From assembly GCA_945861575.1 (NCBI GenBank), contig CAMAVD010000004.1:3532-67531 (forward strand): a stretch of DNA of 64,000 bases. Reading direction: 5' to 3'. Within the stretch, counting starts at the first letter, position 1. The number at the start of each line of letters is the position of its first letter. The stretch comes from Akkermansia muciniphila (lineage in GTDB: Bacteria; Verrucomicrobiota; Verrucomicrobiia; Limisphaerales; UBA11320). Below, piece after piece: positions 10,252 to 19,087 of this stretch. The notes beneath the pieces were generated by a model. The model was given only the letters and a program-made list of their open reading frames with translations, did no database searches and was not told where the DNA came from. The position numbers and the translations under genes were made by a program.

Positions 10252-13128
10252 TCAAAAAACAAAGAGAAACTCGCTGGTATTGTAAAGCGCCCGGCAGAAG
10301 GCTTCAAGGCCTTCGCTGCGGATCAGTGCGGCCGATGCTTGCCGCTCAAACCGATCGGCCTCCCGTCCATAGGCCAGCCAAAACGCGCGCGCGACCTGGG
10401 CCTCGGTCTTCGCTCCCGCCTCCTTTCGCAATCGCGCGGCCAGGAGATCTGCCTGCTGGAGGACGAAGTTGCTGTTGAACAGATTGAGAGCTTGCAAGGG
10501 CGTGTTGGAGCGGCTGCGGCGGGGGATGACCTGATTGCCGCTCGGGCAGTCGAAGGCACCGAAGACGGAGTCCTGTTCCTGGCGGATCCGGGTGAGATAG
10601 ACCATCCGTCGAAACTCGTTGGTGCTGAAGCTCTCCTTCGGGAAGTAGCGATAGACATTGTCGACCTCCACTTTCTGGAGATAAAAGCCAGGGCCGCCCA
10701 TGCTTAGATCCAGAGCCCCTGAGGCCGCAAGAATACAGTCGCGGATCGATTCCGCCTCCAGGCGCCGTGGCGGGAAGCGCCAAAGGAGCCGAGCATCGGC
10801 ATCCACCGACAACCCTTCGCTTCGAGGTGCCGCGGACTGGCCGAATGTCCGCGAGAGAAGAATCTGCTTCTGCAGATGTTTGACGCTCCACCCGCTCCGA
10901 ACAAACTCATCCGCCAGCCAGTCCAAGAGGGCAGGATGGGTGGGGGTGCCCCCATTGGCGCCGAAGTCGCTGGGGGTGTCGACAATTCCAAGGCCAAAAA
11001 GGTAGTGCCAGATGCGGTTCACCATCACCCGTGCAGTAAGAGGGTTGCGGGGGCTAGCAATCCATTCGGCCAATTGGAGACGCCGCCTCTGCTCCGGCTC
11101 GTCGACCGCAAGGCCCAGCGAGCCCAGAATGGCCACCGCGCTGGGAGCGACCACTTCGCGCTCCTGCAACGGATCCCCGCGATAAAGACGGTGTACGGGC
11201 TTGGGCTGTGAGAAGGTTCCTAACCAGGCTGGTTGTCCCCCGGCGATCCGGCGTATGCGAGCTTCCGTTTCTTGAATGGCGGCCTGCAAGCCTTTGGCGG
11301 AGGTGGCGTCTTGTTCAGAGAGCCGACTCAGAAACGCATTGGGATCCGCTGAACCGGCGGGCGCTCTGTCGGCAGAGGAGCCAAGCTCGACCCATTTGCC
11401 CGAAGGGAGCGACGCTTCTATGCGATAGTCCGTGGCCAAGCGGTCCTTAAACTGGCCCTGACGGTCGCGGCTCCAGACGATACGTTGGATTGAATGGGTC
11501 TTTGGAAAATCCAAACGCACCCAACCGCGACCCGAGGTATCGGAAATCCAGCTCCTCGCATTGCCGGCGACCCCGTCGTTGAGGTGCTCCAGCTTGTGAA
11601 TGGCATGGCCCGGGAGGGTGCCCGAGGCGGTTGGCTTCGTGCCGAGCGAGGCGAGCGCTATATTCGTTCCGCGGGCATCAAAAACTTCGAGCTCGTCAAT
11701 ACAGGGCTCCGCCCCTGTGGTCCCCTGAATGGTGAATCGGACGGCGTTTGCCTCGATCGCGGGGAAGAGTTCTTCGTTCAAGCGCTCGTTGACTGCGGGT
11801 CGAGGCTCCTTCACCAAGGTTGTCCCTTTTGCGGATGCCGCCTTGGCCTTCAATGAAGCCAGCGCAGATTCTTTGGACGCACGCTGTTGTTTCAGACTGG
11901 CGAGCTCCAGGGTTTCCTCTGGGTTCAAGGTGCGACGGAGTGGACGTTCGGCAAAGTTCACTCCGGCGAAGACGGCCTGAACGCCGTAGTAATCCTTCTG
12001 TGTGATGGGATCAAACTTGTGATCATGGCAGCGGGCGCAGCCAAGCGTGAGGCCGAGGAAAGCTGTCCCCGTGGTATTGACGATGTCAGCGAGCTCGTCC
12101 TGCCGCTGCATCAGGGTGAGGTTGATATCCGGGCTCTTCACGAGGTCGAAGGCACCCGCCACGAGGAAACCCGTGGCCACGTCCACCTCCAGGGCGTCCC
12201 CGGCAATCTGCTCGCGGATGAAGCGGTCGTAGGGCTTGTCTTCGTTGAAAGCCTGGATGAGGTAGTCGCGGTAGGGATAGGCGTTCTTGCGCTCGCGATT
12301 CGTCTCAAATCCGTTGGAGTCGGCGTAGCGAACGACATCCATCCAGTGGCGAGCCCAGCGTTCACCGTAGCGGGGGCTGGCCAGGACGCGGTCCACCAGT
12401 GCTTCGACGGCATTCGGATGAGAGTCTTTCACGAACCGACGCACCTCTTCAGGTGTCGGTGGCAGTCCATGCAGGACGAGGTAGAGTCGGCGGATGAATG
12501 CTGCACGATCGGCGGGGGAGGACAGGGCGAGGCCCTTCTCCGCCAAACGGGCAGATACAAAGGCGTCGATGGGATGGGTGGATCTCTGCTTGGGGGTTGC
12601 GTTGGCGGGGACCTGGGGACGTTCGACTGGTTTGAGAGACCAGAGCTGCGCCTTGGGCCGCGACTTCTCCGCTGGCCAATTGGCTCCTTGATCAATCCAG
12701 GCCCGAAGCTGGCCAATCTCCGTCGGAGTGAGCCTGTCCCCCTTCTGTGGCATTTCCAGATCTCGGACCAAATGAGCGACGAAGTGGATCAAGGGACTGC
12801 CCGCGCTGTTCCCGGGCTTGATCGCCGGGGCGTGGTTTTCTCCTCCCTTCAGGGCAGACTCGCGGGTATCGAGACGGAACCCACCGCGCTGCTTATTCTC
12901 TCCGTGACACGAGAGGCACGAACGTTCGAACAGGGGATGGATATCGCGGCTGAAGTCGATGGGGTTGGTCGCAGCTGGCGGCAGGCTTTGCAGATCCAGA
13001 ATTGGGGCGGTTGCGCCGAAGACACTGGTGACCATGGCGGCTATCGACAGGGCCAGCGGCAGTCTAAGCGGTCGCCGCAGCGATCCTTCGATCGATCTTG
13101 CTATGGATTCAAGACAACGTGTGCTCAT
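10252..13128 (-). CDS. Planctomycete-type cytochrome c + DUF1549 + F5/8-type-C-like insert + DUF1553 protein
   Basis: [40 protein letters not shown], discoidin-like insert (HLNDG...SWIS...WVRLDF...IQRIVWSR), [11 protein letters not shown]; exact start uncertain. Confidence 0.92.
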   Translation of the reverse strand: MSTRCLESIARSIEGSLRRPLRLPLALSIAAMVTSVFGATAPILDLQSLPPAATNPIDFSRDIHPLFERSCLSCHGENKQRGGFRLDTRESALKGGENHAPAIKPGNSAGSPLIHFVAHLVRDLEMPQKGDRLTPTEIGQLRAWIDQGANWPAEKSRPKAQLWSLKPVERPQVPANATPKQRSTHPIDAFVSARLAEKGLALSSPADRAAFIRRLYLVLHGLPPTPEEVRRFVKDSHPNAVEALVDRVLASPRYGERWARHWMDVVRYADSNGFETNRERKNAYPYRDYLIQAFNEDKPYDRFIREQIAGDALEVDVATGFLVAGAFDLVKSPDINLTLMQRQDELADIVNTTGTAFLGLTLGCARCHDHKFDPITQKDYYGVQAVFAGVNFAERPLRRTLNPEETLELASLKQQRASKESALASLKAKAASAKGTTLVKEPRPAVNERLNEELFPAIEANAVRFTIQGTTGAEPCIDELEVFDARGTNIALASLGTKPTASGTLPGHAIHKLEHLNDGVAGNARSWISDTSGRGWVRLDFPKTHSIQRIVWSRDRQGQFKDRLATDYRIEASLPSGKWVELGSSADRAPAGSADPNAFLSRLSEQDATSAKGLQAAIQETEARIRRIAGGQPAWLGTFSQPKPVHRLYRGDPLQEREVVAPSAVAILGSLGLAVDEPEQRRRLQLAEWIASPRNPLTARVMVNRIWHYLFGLGIVDTPSDFGANGGTPTHPALLDWLADEFVRSGWSVKHLQKQILLSRTFGQSAAPRSEGLSVDADARLLWRFPPRRLEAESIRDCILAASGALDLSMGGPGFYLQKVEVDNVYRYFPKESFSTNEFRRMVYLTRIRQEQDSVFGAFDCPSGNQVIPRRSRSNTPLQALNLFNSNFVLQQADLLAARLRKEAGAKTEAQVARAFWLAYGREADRFERQASAALIRSEGLEAFCRALYNTSEFLFVF

Positions 13129-13251
13129 ACGGTGGGGTGCGGCGTGCCGACATCATTTCTCGGGGTGAAACAGATGCATCACCCACTATCAGCGTGTGCA
13201 CTATAGGGTCTGTGCTCGGTGTTTGACTAGCCTGGATCTGCAGCACCTTAC

Positions 13252-13281
13252 GACGACTCCAAAGGGATAGTTCAGCACAAA
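13252..13281 (-). promoter_or_regulatory. Recurrent motif copy 1, TTTGTGCTGA-N16-CGTC (candidate ECF-type promoter or TF site)
   Basis: Same 10-mer and CGTY spacing found at 42802-42831 and 43813-43843. Confidence 0.45.
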
Positions 13282-13746
13282 CGGGCTTAATACCCGGACT
13301 CACGAACGCTGGAGACAAGACTGACAGGCTGCTCGTGACGCTCTGAGTGCCATGAACAATGGCGGCAAAGCGAAGCACTCCAGCACTTGGCACCTGCTTG
13401 CGTCGATGCCACCAAGAAAGCAGAACCTCGAATCCGCGAACCAAAGGTGAACGCTCTGTGAGCGAAACCAAGGCTGAACCGGTGGGATTGGGAGTCGGTG
13501 ATCTGTGGATGACAATTGCGGTCTTCACACAGTCGCCTCACCGGCTTCCGCCTACTCTACTCAAAGAAGACCCTAATCCCCGCCCCGTGTAGAAAGCTTC
13601 GTTGAGGTCGCTCCCGCCGGGCTCAGGGAAAGCCAGAGAACGGCCTGCGCTTTACGTGCTTTCTCACGGGGTCAGGATGGCTGAATCTGGCCTTCATCCT
13701 GTGGTCAGAGTGCCGATCACGATCGTCTTCTTCAACGAACCGGTTG

Positions 13747-15042
13747 TCAGCTTAACTTCCAGTCGCCCCGGTAGTTGACCGCTTTGAGCAGTTTGTCGGC
13801 AGTCGGATCGTCGAGGACCTGTTCGTTTTTCGGATCCCACTTCAAGGCTCGACCTAGCGCGGCAGAAACATATCCGAGATGGCCCGGGGTGATCGAACGA
13901 TGGGCCGCCTCGGCGGGCGCGATGCATTCTTTTCGGGTTCGAACCCCCTCAATGAAGTTCGCATGATGATCCCCGGAGACGTAGGCCTTGATGGGACCCC
14001 GATTGAAATCGGGACGAATCCATTCCTCATTGGAAGATTCGATTTTACCGCGATCCGCGAAAATCCACCCGTTCTGTCCGATCCACTTGGTGCCCATTCG
14101 ATTTTTGTTGGAGAGGGAGGAAGTGATGCCCCCTTCGAATTCGCACTTCACCTCGTAATTGATGGGATTGTCCCACATTCCCTTTTCGGGGAACGTAAAC
14201 CCAACCGCTTCCACTTTGGTCGGCCCGCTCTTGTCCATGCCGAGCCCCCAATGGGCAATGTCGTTATGATGCCCTATCCAGTCCATGAGCTGTCCGCCCC
14301 CGTAGTCCAGGCACCATCTCCAGTTCCAATGTAGCCGATCCGGATTAAAAGGCAGATAGCGGCTGGGGCCGCACCAGAAGTCGTAGTCGATATCGGCGGG
14401 AATCGGAAGGCCGATCCTGCCGTCCTTATCTGTTTTGTTCCCAGTGGGCAGACCAATTTCCACATGCTGAATCTTGCCCAGGAGTCCGTTTTGAACCGCT
14501 TCCACCGCAATGCGAAAGTTCCTGTCGGAACGCTGCTGGGATCCCGTCTGGAAGATCGCCTTCCGCTTGGCGACCTCCTTGTAAAGCGCCTGACCTTCTC
14601 CGAAAAGATGAGTAATGGGTTTCTCGCAATACACATCCTTGCCATTGCGCAGCGCTTCCATAGCGGCCAGCGCGTGCCAGTGATCCGGCGTGCCTACGAT
14701 GACAGCATCAATGTCCGGACGCGCGCAGAGTTCGCGGAAATCGCTATACGTGTCGCATCCCTTGTAAACACCGCTGTCCTTTTTCTCAGCGTAGTACTTT
14801 TCTACTCTGGCTTTTACGGATTCACGTCCTTTGGACACGTCACAGATGGCCACAATTTGGGTACCGTCTCGTCTCATGATGCCGTTCATCACGCCAGCTC
14901 CTTGGCCTCCGGCTCCAATGAGTCCAACGTTCACACGGTCCCCGGGTGAGATCGTTCTGCCCTGTCCGAGGGCTGAGGAAGGAATGATCGTAGGAGCCAC
15001 AATGGCTCCCGCCGCTAGTTTGACAAAATCTCGCCGCTTCAT
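13747..15042 (-). CDS. Gfo/Idh/MocA oxidoreductase, Tat-exported
   Basis: MKRRDFVK Tat leader, GLIGAGGQG, TPDHWH, YCEKP, DWIGHHND. Confidence 0.93.
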   Translation of the reverse strand: MKRRDFVKLAAGAIVAPTIIPSSALGQGRTISPGDRVNVGLIGAGGQGAGVMNGIMRRDGTQIVAICDVSKGRESVKARVEKYYAEKKDSGVYKGCDTYSDFRELCARPDIDAVIVGTPDHWHALAAMEALRNGKDVYCEKPITHLFGEGQALYKEVAKRKAIFQTGSQQRSDRNFRIAVEAVQNGLLGKIQHVEIGLPTGNKTDKDGRIGLPIPADIDYDFWCGPSRYLPFNPDRLHWNWRWCLDYGGGQLMDWIGHHNDIAHWGLGMDKSGPTKVEAVGFTFPEKGMWDNPINYEVKCEFEGGITSSLSNKNRMGTKWIGQNGWIFADRGKIESSNEEWIRPDFNRGPIKAYVSGDHHANFIEGVRTRKECIAPAEAAHRSITPGHLGYVSAALGRALKWDPKNEQVLDDPTADKLLKAVNYRGDWKLS

Positions 15043-15049
15043 GGTCGGC

Positions 15050-15077
15050 AGGGTATCGCACCGGGCCTCCACTTCAA
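15050..15077 (-). promoter_or_regulatory. Putative leaderless sigma70 promoter
   Basis: Minus strand TTGAAG-N16-TACCCT-N7-ATG, no Shine-Dalgarno. Confidence 0.55.
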
Positions 15078-15323
15078 TGCAATTTTTTAATCAAACCTCC
15101 TCAGGGGCGCATCTCAGCAAAACGGTCGCGGCCCTGGCTGCGGAATGTCAGCACGTTACTGGAAGCTTGTCGAAGCCTCGCGGCACCCAGTAGGTTGGCT
15201 GGACTGCTCCTGATGAAACTGAAGGAACAGACGTCTGAGTCCGGTCACCTGGACGCCGCACTTTGCGCCGCGCCGACGGTGTGGTGAAACGACCCTGGCG
15301 GAAGTCTCGAAAGGAATCATGGC

Positions 15324-18300
15324 ATGAAGATCAAAAATCGAATCAGAGAGGTCTGTTTCCTCATCATCGGCTGCGCTGCATTGGTCGGAACGCCGACGGT
15401 GCGGTCGGCCGACCATCCACTCTTCGCCCGCACCAACCTGATGGCCTGGTGCATTGTACCCTTCGACGCCAAAAAGCGCGGCCCCGAGGAACGCGCGGCG
15501 ATGATGGAACAGCTCGGCTTCAAACATTTTGCCTACGACTATCGCGCCGAACACCTCCCGCAGTTCGACGCGGAGATCGCCGCATGCAAAAAGCACGGTG
15601 TGGGCTTCGATGCGTGGTGGTTTCCCACCGTGATGAACGACGAGGCCCGGCTCATCCTCGAGGTGCTGAAGCGAAACAACGTGAAAGCGCAACTCTGGGT
15701 CACGGGTGGCGGCGATCCCACGAAGACCTCGGAGGAACAGCGCGCGCGTGTGGAGGCGGAGGCCAAGCGCATTCGTTCCATCGCAGAAGCCGCCGCCCCG
15801 ATCGGTTGCACGGTAGCGCTCTACAATCACGGCGGCTGGTTCGGTGAACCGGAGAACCAAGTGCAGATCATCCGTCGCCTCCAGCAAGACGGCATCCGCA
15901 ACGTCGGCATCGTATACAATCAGCATCATGGGCACGATCATCTTGACCGTTTCGCCACGCTACTCGAAGCCATGAAGCCCCACCTCCTCGTGCTGAATCT
16001 CAATGGCATGACGCGCAACGGCGACAAGGTGGGAAAAAAAATCCTTCCGCTCGGTCAAGGCGATCTCGATCTTGGGCTGCTAAAGACGATTCGCGATAGC
16101 GGCTGGCGAGGGCCCATCGGCATTCTCAATCACACCGACGAGGACGCCGAGGCTCGCCTGCGCGACAACCTCGACGGCCTGGATTGGCTCGTGCCGCAAC
16201 TCGATGGCAAACCCGCTGGGCCAAAGCCGACGCCACGCAGCTGGCGTGAACCGGCCCCGCCCGCCGCACCGAAAAAGTCCGTCGGCCAAGCCTCGCTCTC
16301 GCCGGCGTTCGGCCAGGCGCTGAGCGGCGGAATGGTCGTGGAAGGCAAGGCCGAGTATCGCTCGCGACCCATCACTGTCGAATGCCGCGCCAAGATCGAC
16401 AGCAAGGGTGAATTTAACATTCTCGTCGCCAGCGACTCCAAGGCGTCGGCGGAACATTGGGAGCTATACACCTACGCCGGCAGCGGGGTTCTGAGTCTCT
16501 ATCAGCCGGGACGGGGTGGCGAAGTGCGTTCGGATGTGGATGTCTGTGACGGCCGCTGGCATACACTGGCCGCCGTGATCGAACCGGATCGCGTCCGCCT
16601 TTACATCGACGGGAAGCTGGTGAAAGACGCTCCGACCAAACCGTTGACGGGAACACCGATTCCCGGGGGCCTGGCGTTCGGAGCCTTGGTGGAAGGCGGG
16701 ATCGGCTGCGACGGTGTGATCGACGACGTGCGACTTTCCAGAGGCGTGCGTGCCATTTCGGATATGTCGAGTGAGCCGCTCAAGAGAGACGCTCAAACCA
16801 TTGGCCTTTGGAGCTTCGACGACTCGAAGGCCTCCATTCGGCCGCCACCCGATCCGTGGGCTGTCGAGGATGCAAAGGCACGGGCCGCTTTGCCCGAGTT
16901 CCAGGAGATACCCGCAGCCAAGCTCGCCGAACTCACTCCCGCCGCGAACTGGCCGCGCGTCGAATCCGTAACCAACTGGCATCGGTCGCTCGGGGATGCG
17001 ACTTCGAGCCGCTTCTCGGCGCTCGCGCAGATTAACCGCGAGAACGTGAAGCGCCTCGAGGTCGCGTGGACCTATCACTCGAAGGACGGCGTCGGTAACA
17101 TCCAGTGCAATCCGATCATCGTGGACGGCGTGATGTTCGCGCCGACGGCCGGTCATCACATCGTTGCCCTGGATGCCGCCACCGGAGTCGAGCTGTGGCG
17201 ATTCAAGCCGGAGATTCGCAAGGGCGGGATGCGTCTCGAAGATTTCCCGGCGCGCCGCGGGCTGCTCTTCTGGCCTGGTGATGGGGAAGCGCCCGCGCGG
17301 ATTCTCTTCACCTGCGGCAATTGGATCTACGCGCTCGATCCGAAGACAGGCCAGCCCCTCGGCGGCTTCGGCGACAACGGCCGTACAGTCCTTCCCACCG
17401 GCGGCACAGTGGCGGGCGCGGTGTTCAAGAACGTCCTCGTCGTGCCCGGCTTCAACCGGGATGTGTTCGGCTGCGACATCCGGAGCGGGAAACCACTGTG
17501 GACCTTTCACACCCTGCCGCAACCCGGGGAGTATGGTCACGAGACCTGGAGCCGGGTTTCGGACGGGGCCAATTGTTGGGGCGGCATGGCGCTCGATGAG
17601 CAACGAGGCATTGCCTATCTGGCGACGGGCTCGCCGAAGCCGAACTTCGTCGGCACCGGACATCATGGCGACAACCTGTTTTCGAACTGCCTCCTCGCGC
17701 TCGACGCGCTGACCGGAAAGCGCCTCTGGCACTTTCAGGAGATTCGCCATGACATCTGGGACTGGGATATCCCCGCGCCTCCGAACCTGGTGACCGTGAA
17801 TCGCGACGGCAAGCGCGTGGATGCTGTCGCCCAGGTCACCAAGCTCGGCAACACGCTCCTGCTCGATCGCGTGACCGGCCAGCCGTTATTTCCCGTCCGT
17901 CTGCGCCGGGCGCCGACCTCGAAACTGCCCGGCGAACAAACCGCGCCGTATCAGCCCGACATCCAACTGCCCGAGCCATTCGCGCGCCAGCAGTTCAGCC
18001 CTGCCGAGGTGACCACGCGCAGTGAGGAGGCGCGTGGATACATCGAGAAGCGCGTGGCGAATGTGAACTCCGGCTGGTTCGAGCCGTTCGAGGAAGGCAA
18101 GCCGACGGTACTTTACAACATTCATGGCGGCGCCGAGTGGACCGGGGCGGCGTTCGACCCGACCAGCGGCTGCCTCTATGTGAGTGCCAACGAGATTCCG
18201 TGGATTGTCACCGTCTTTAGCGATGAACCCGAGCCGGCGCCCGATCCAAAGAACCCGACCTTGGGTGAGAAGCTGTATCAGCAGAACTGCGCGTCCTGTC

Positions 18301-18941
18301 ACGGCCCGGATCGAATCGGGATCGGCACCGCTCCGCCGTTGCGCGGCTTGCGACATCGCCTTAGGGATTCTGACGTGCTGGCGTTGCTCAAGACCGGACG
18401 CAACCTGATGCCGCCCGCACCACCGATGACGGAGGCCGAACAGAAGGCGCTGCTCGACTTCATCTTCCTGCGCGACCGCACCCAGCCGGTGAGCCCCGCA
18501 AAACCTTCACGCCCGGCCTACACCCACAACGGCTATCCGAAGCTGCTCGACCACGAAAACTATCCCGGGAACAAACCGCCGTGGGGCACGCTCAATTGCG
18601 TGGACCTGAACACGGGCAAGCTGCGTTGGAAAGTTCCCCTCGGCGAATACCCCGAGCTCACCGCGCAGGGTGTTCCGAAGACCGGCACGGAAAACTTTGG
18701 CGGCGCGGTGGTGACGGCGGGTGGTCTCGTCTTCTGCTCCGGCACGCGCGACAACCTGATTCGCGCCTTTGATGCGAAGACCGGCGACGAACTCTGGTCG
18801 CACCAACTGCCGCTGCACGGCACCGCGCCGCCCGCGACCTATTCCGTGAAGGGTCGTCAGTTCGTTGTCATCGCGGCGACAGGTGGCGGCAAGCTCGGGG
18901 GAGCGACCGGAGACGCCTGGGTGGCGTTCGCGATTCCTTGA
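15324..18941 (+). CDS. Secreted multidomain protein: xylose-isomerase-like TIM barrel + LamG-like + PQQ-dependent (quinoprotein glucose-type) dehydrogenase with cytochrome c insert
   Basis: Signal peptide; LYNHGGW and YNQHHGH TIM motifs; DGRWH...GVIDDVRLS LamG; QINRENVKRLEVAWTY, WHFQEIRHDIWDWD and PPWGTL PQQ propeller; CASCH heme motif. Confidence 0.85.
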   Translation: MKIKNRIREVCFLIIGCAALVGTPTVRSADHPLFARTNLMAWCIVPFDAKKRGPEERAAMMEQLGFKHFAYDYRAEHLPQFDAEIAACKKHGVGFDAWWFPTVMNDEARLILEVLKRNNVKAQLWVTGGGDPTKTSEEQRARVEAEAKRIRSIAEAAAPIGCTVALYNHGGWFGEPENQVQIIRRLQQDGIRNVGIVYNQHHGHDHLDRFATLLEAMKPHLLVLNLNGMTRNGDKVGKKILPLGQGDLDLGLLKTIRDSGWRGPIGILNHTDEDAEARLRDNLDGLDWLVPQLDGKPAGPKPTPRSWREPAPPAAPKKSVGQASLSPAFGQALSGGMVVEGKAEYRSRPITVECRAKIDSKGEFNILVASDSKASAEHWELYTYAGSGVLSLYQPGRGGEVRSDVDVCDGRWHTLAAVIEPDRVRLYIDGKLVKDAPTKPLTGTPIPGGLAFGALVEGGIGCDGVIDDVRLSRGVRAISDMSSEPLKRDAQTIGLWSFDDSKASIRPPPDPWAVEDAKARAALPEFQEIPAAKLAELTPAANWPRVESVTNWHRSLGDATSSRFSALAQINRENVKRLEVAWTYHSKDGVGNIQCNPIIVDGVMFAPTAGHHIVALDAATGVELWRFKPEIRKGGMRLEDFPARRGLLFWPGDGEAPARILFTCGNWIYALDPKTGQPLGGFGDNGRTVLPTGGTVAGAVFKNVLVVPGFNRDVFGCDIRSGKPLWTFHTLPQPGEYGHETWSRVSDGANCWGGMALDEQRGIAYLATGSPKPNFVGTGHHGDNLFSNCLLALDALTGKRLWHFQEIRHDIWDWDIPAPPNLVTVNRDGKRVDAVAQVTKLGNTLLLDRVTGQPLFPVRLRRAPTSKLPGEQTAPYQPDIQLPEPFARQQFSPAEVTTRSEEARGYIEKRVANVNSGWFEPFEEGKPTVLYNIHGGAEWTGAAFDPTSGCLYVSANEIPWIVTVFSDEPEPAPDPKNPTLGEKLYQQNCASCHGPDRIGIGTAPPLRGLRHRLRDSDVLALLKTGRNLMPPAPPMTEAEQKALLDFIFLRDRTQPVSPAKPSRPAYTHNGYPKLLDHENYPGNKPPWGTLNCVDLNTGKLRWKVPLGEYPELTAQGVPKTGTENFGGAVVTAGGLVFCSGTRDNLIRAFDAKTGDELWSHQLPLHGTAPPATYSVKGRQFVVIAATGGGKLGGATGDAWVAFAIP

Positions 18942-19087
18942 CCTACCAGGGTGCCGCGCTAAGGTCCGGGTGGGTTCAGAACCCGATCGATACATGTCTG
19001 TCTGTCGAACGTGAAGAACCCGGTGCGGTTCGATTCGAGTATCACGTCTAGAGTTCTATTCCGCACCAAGATCGCTTGTTACTAATC

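Noticed and set aside
13109-13528. 139-aa minus-strand ORF upstream of the DUF1553 gene
   Set aside because: No motifs, atypical composition, and it overlaps the putative promoter
13600-13700. Possible c-di-AMP or cobalamin riboswitch words (GCTGAATC, GGGAA)
   Set aside because: Remaining conserved elements are absent, and they are on the wrong strand for the adjacent genes
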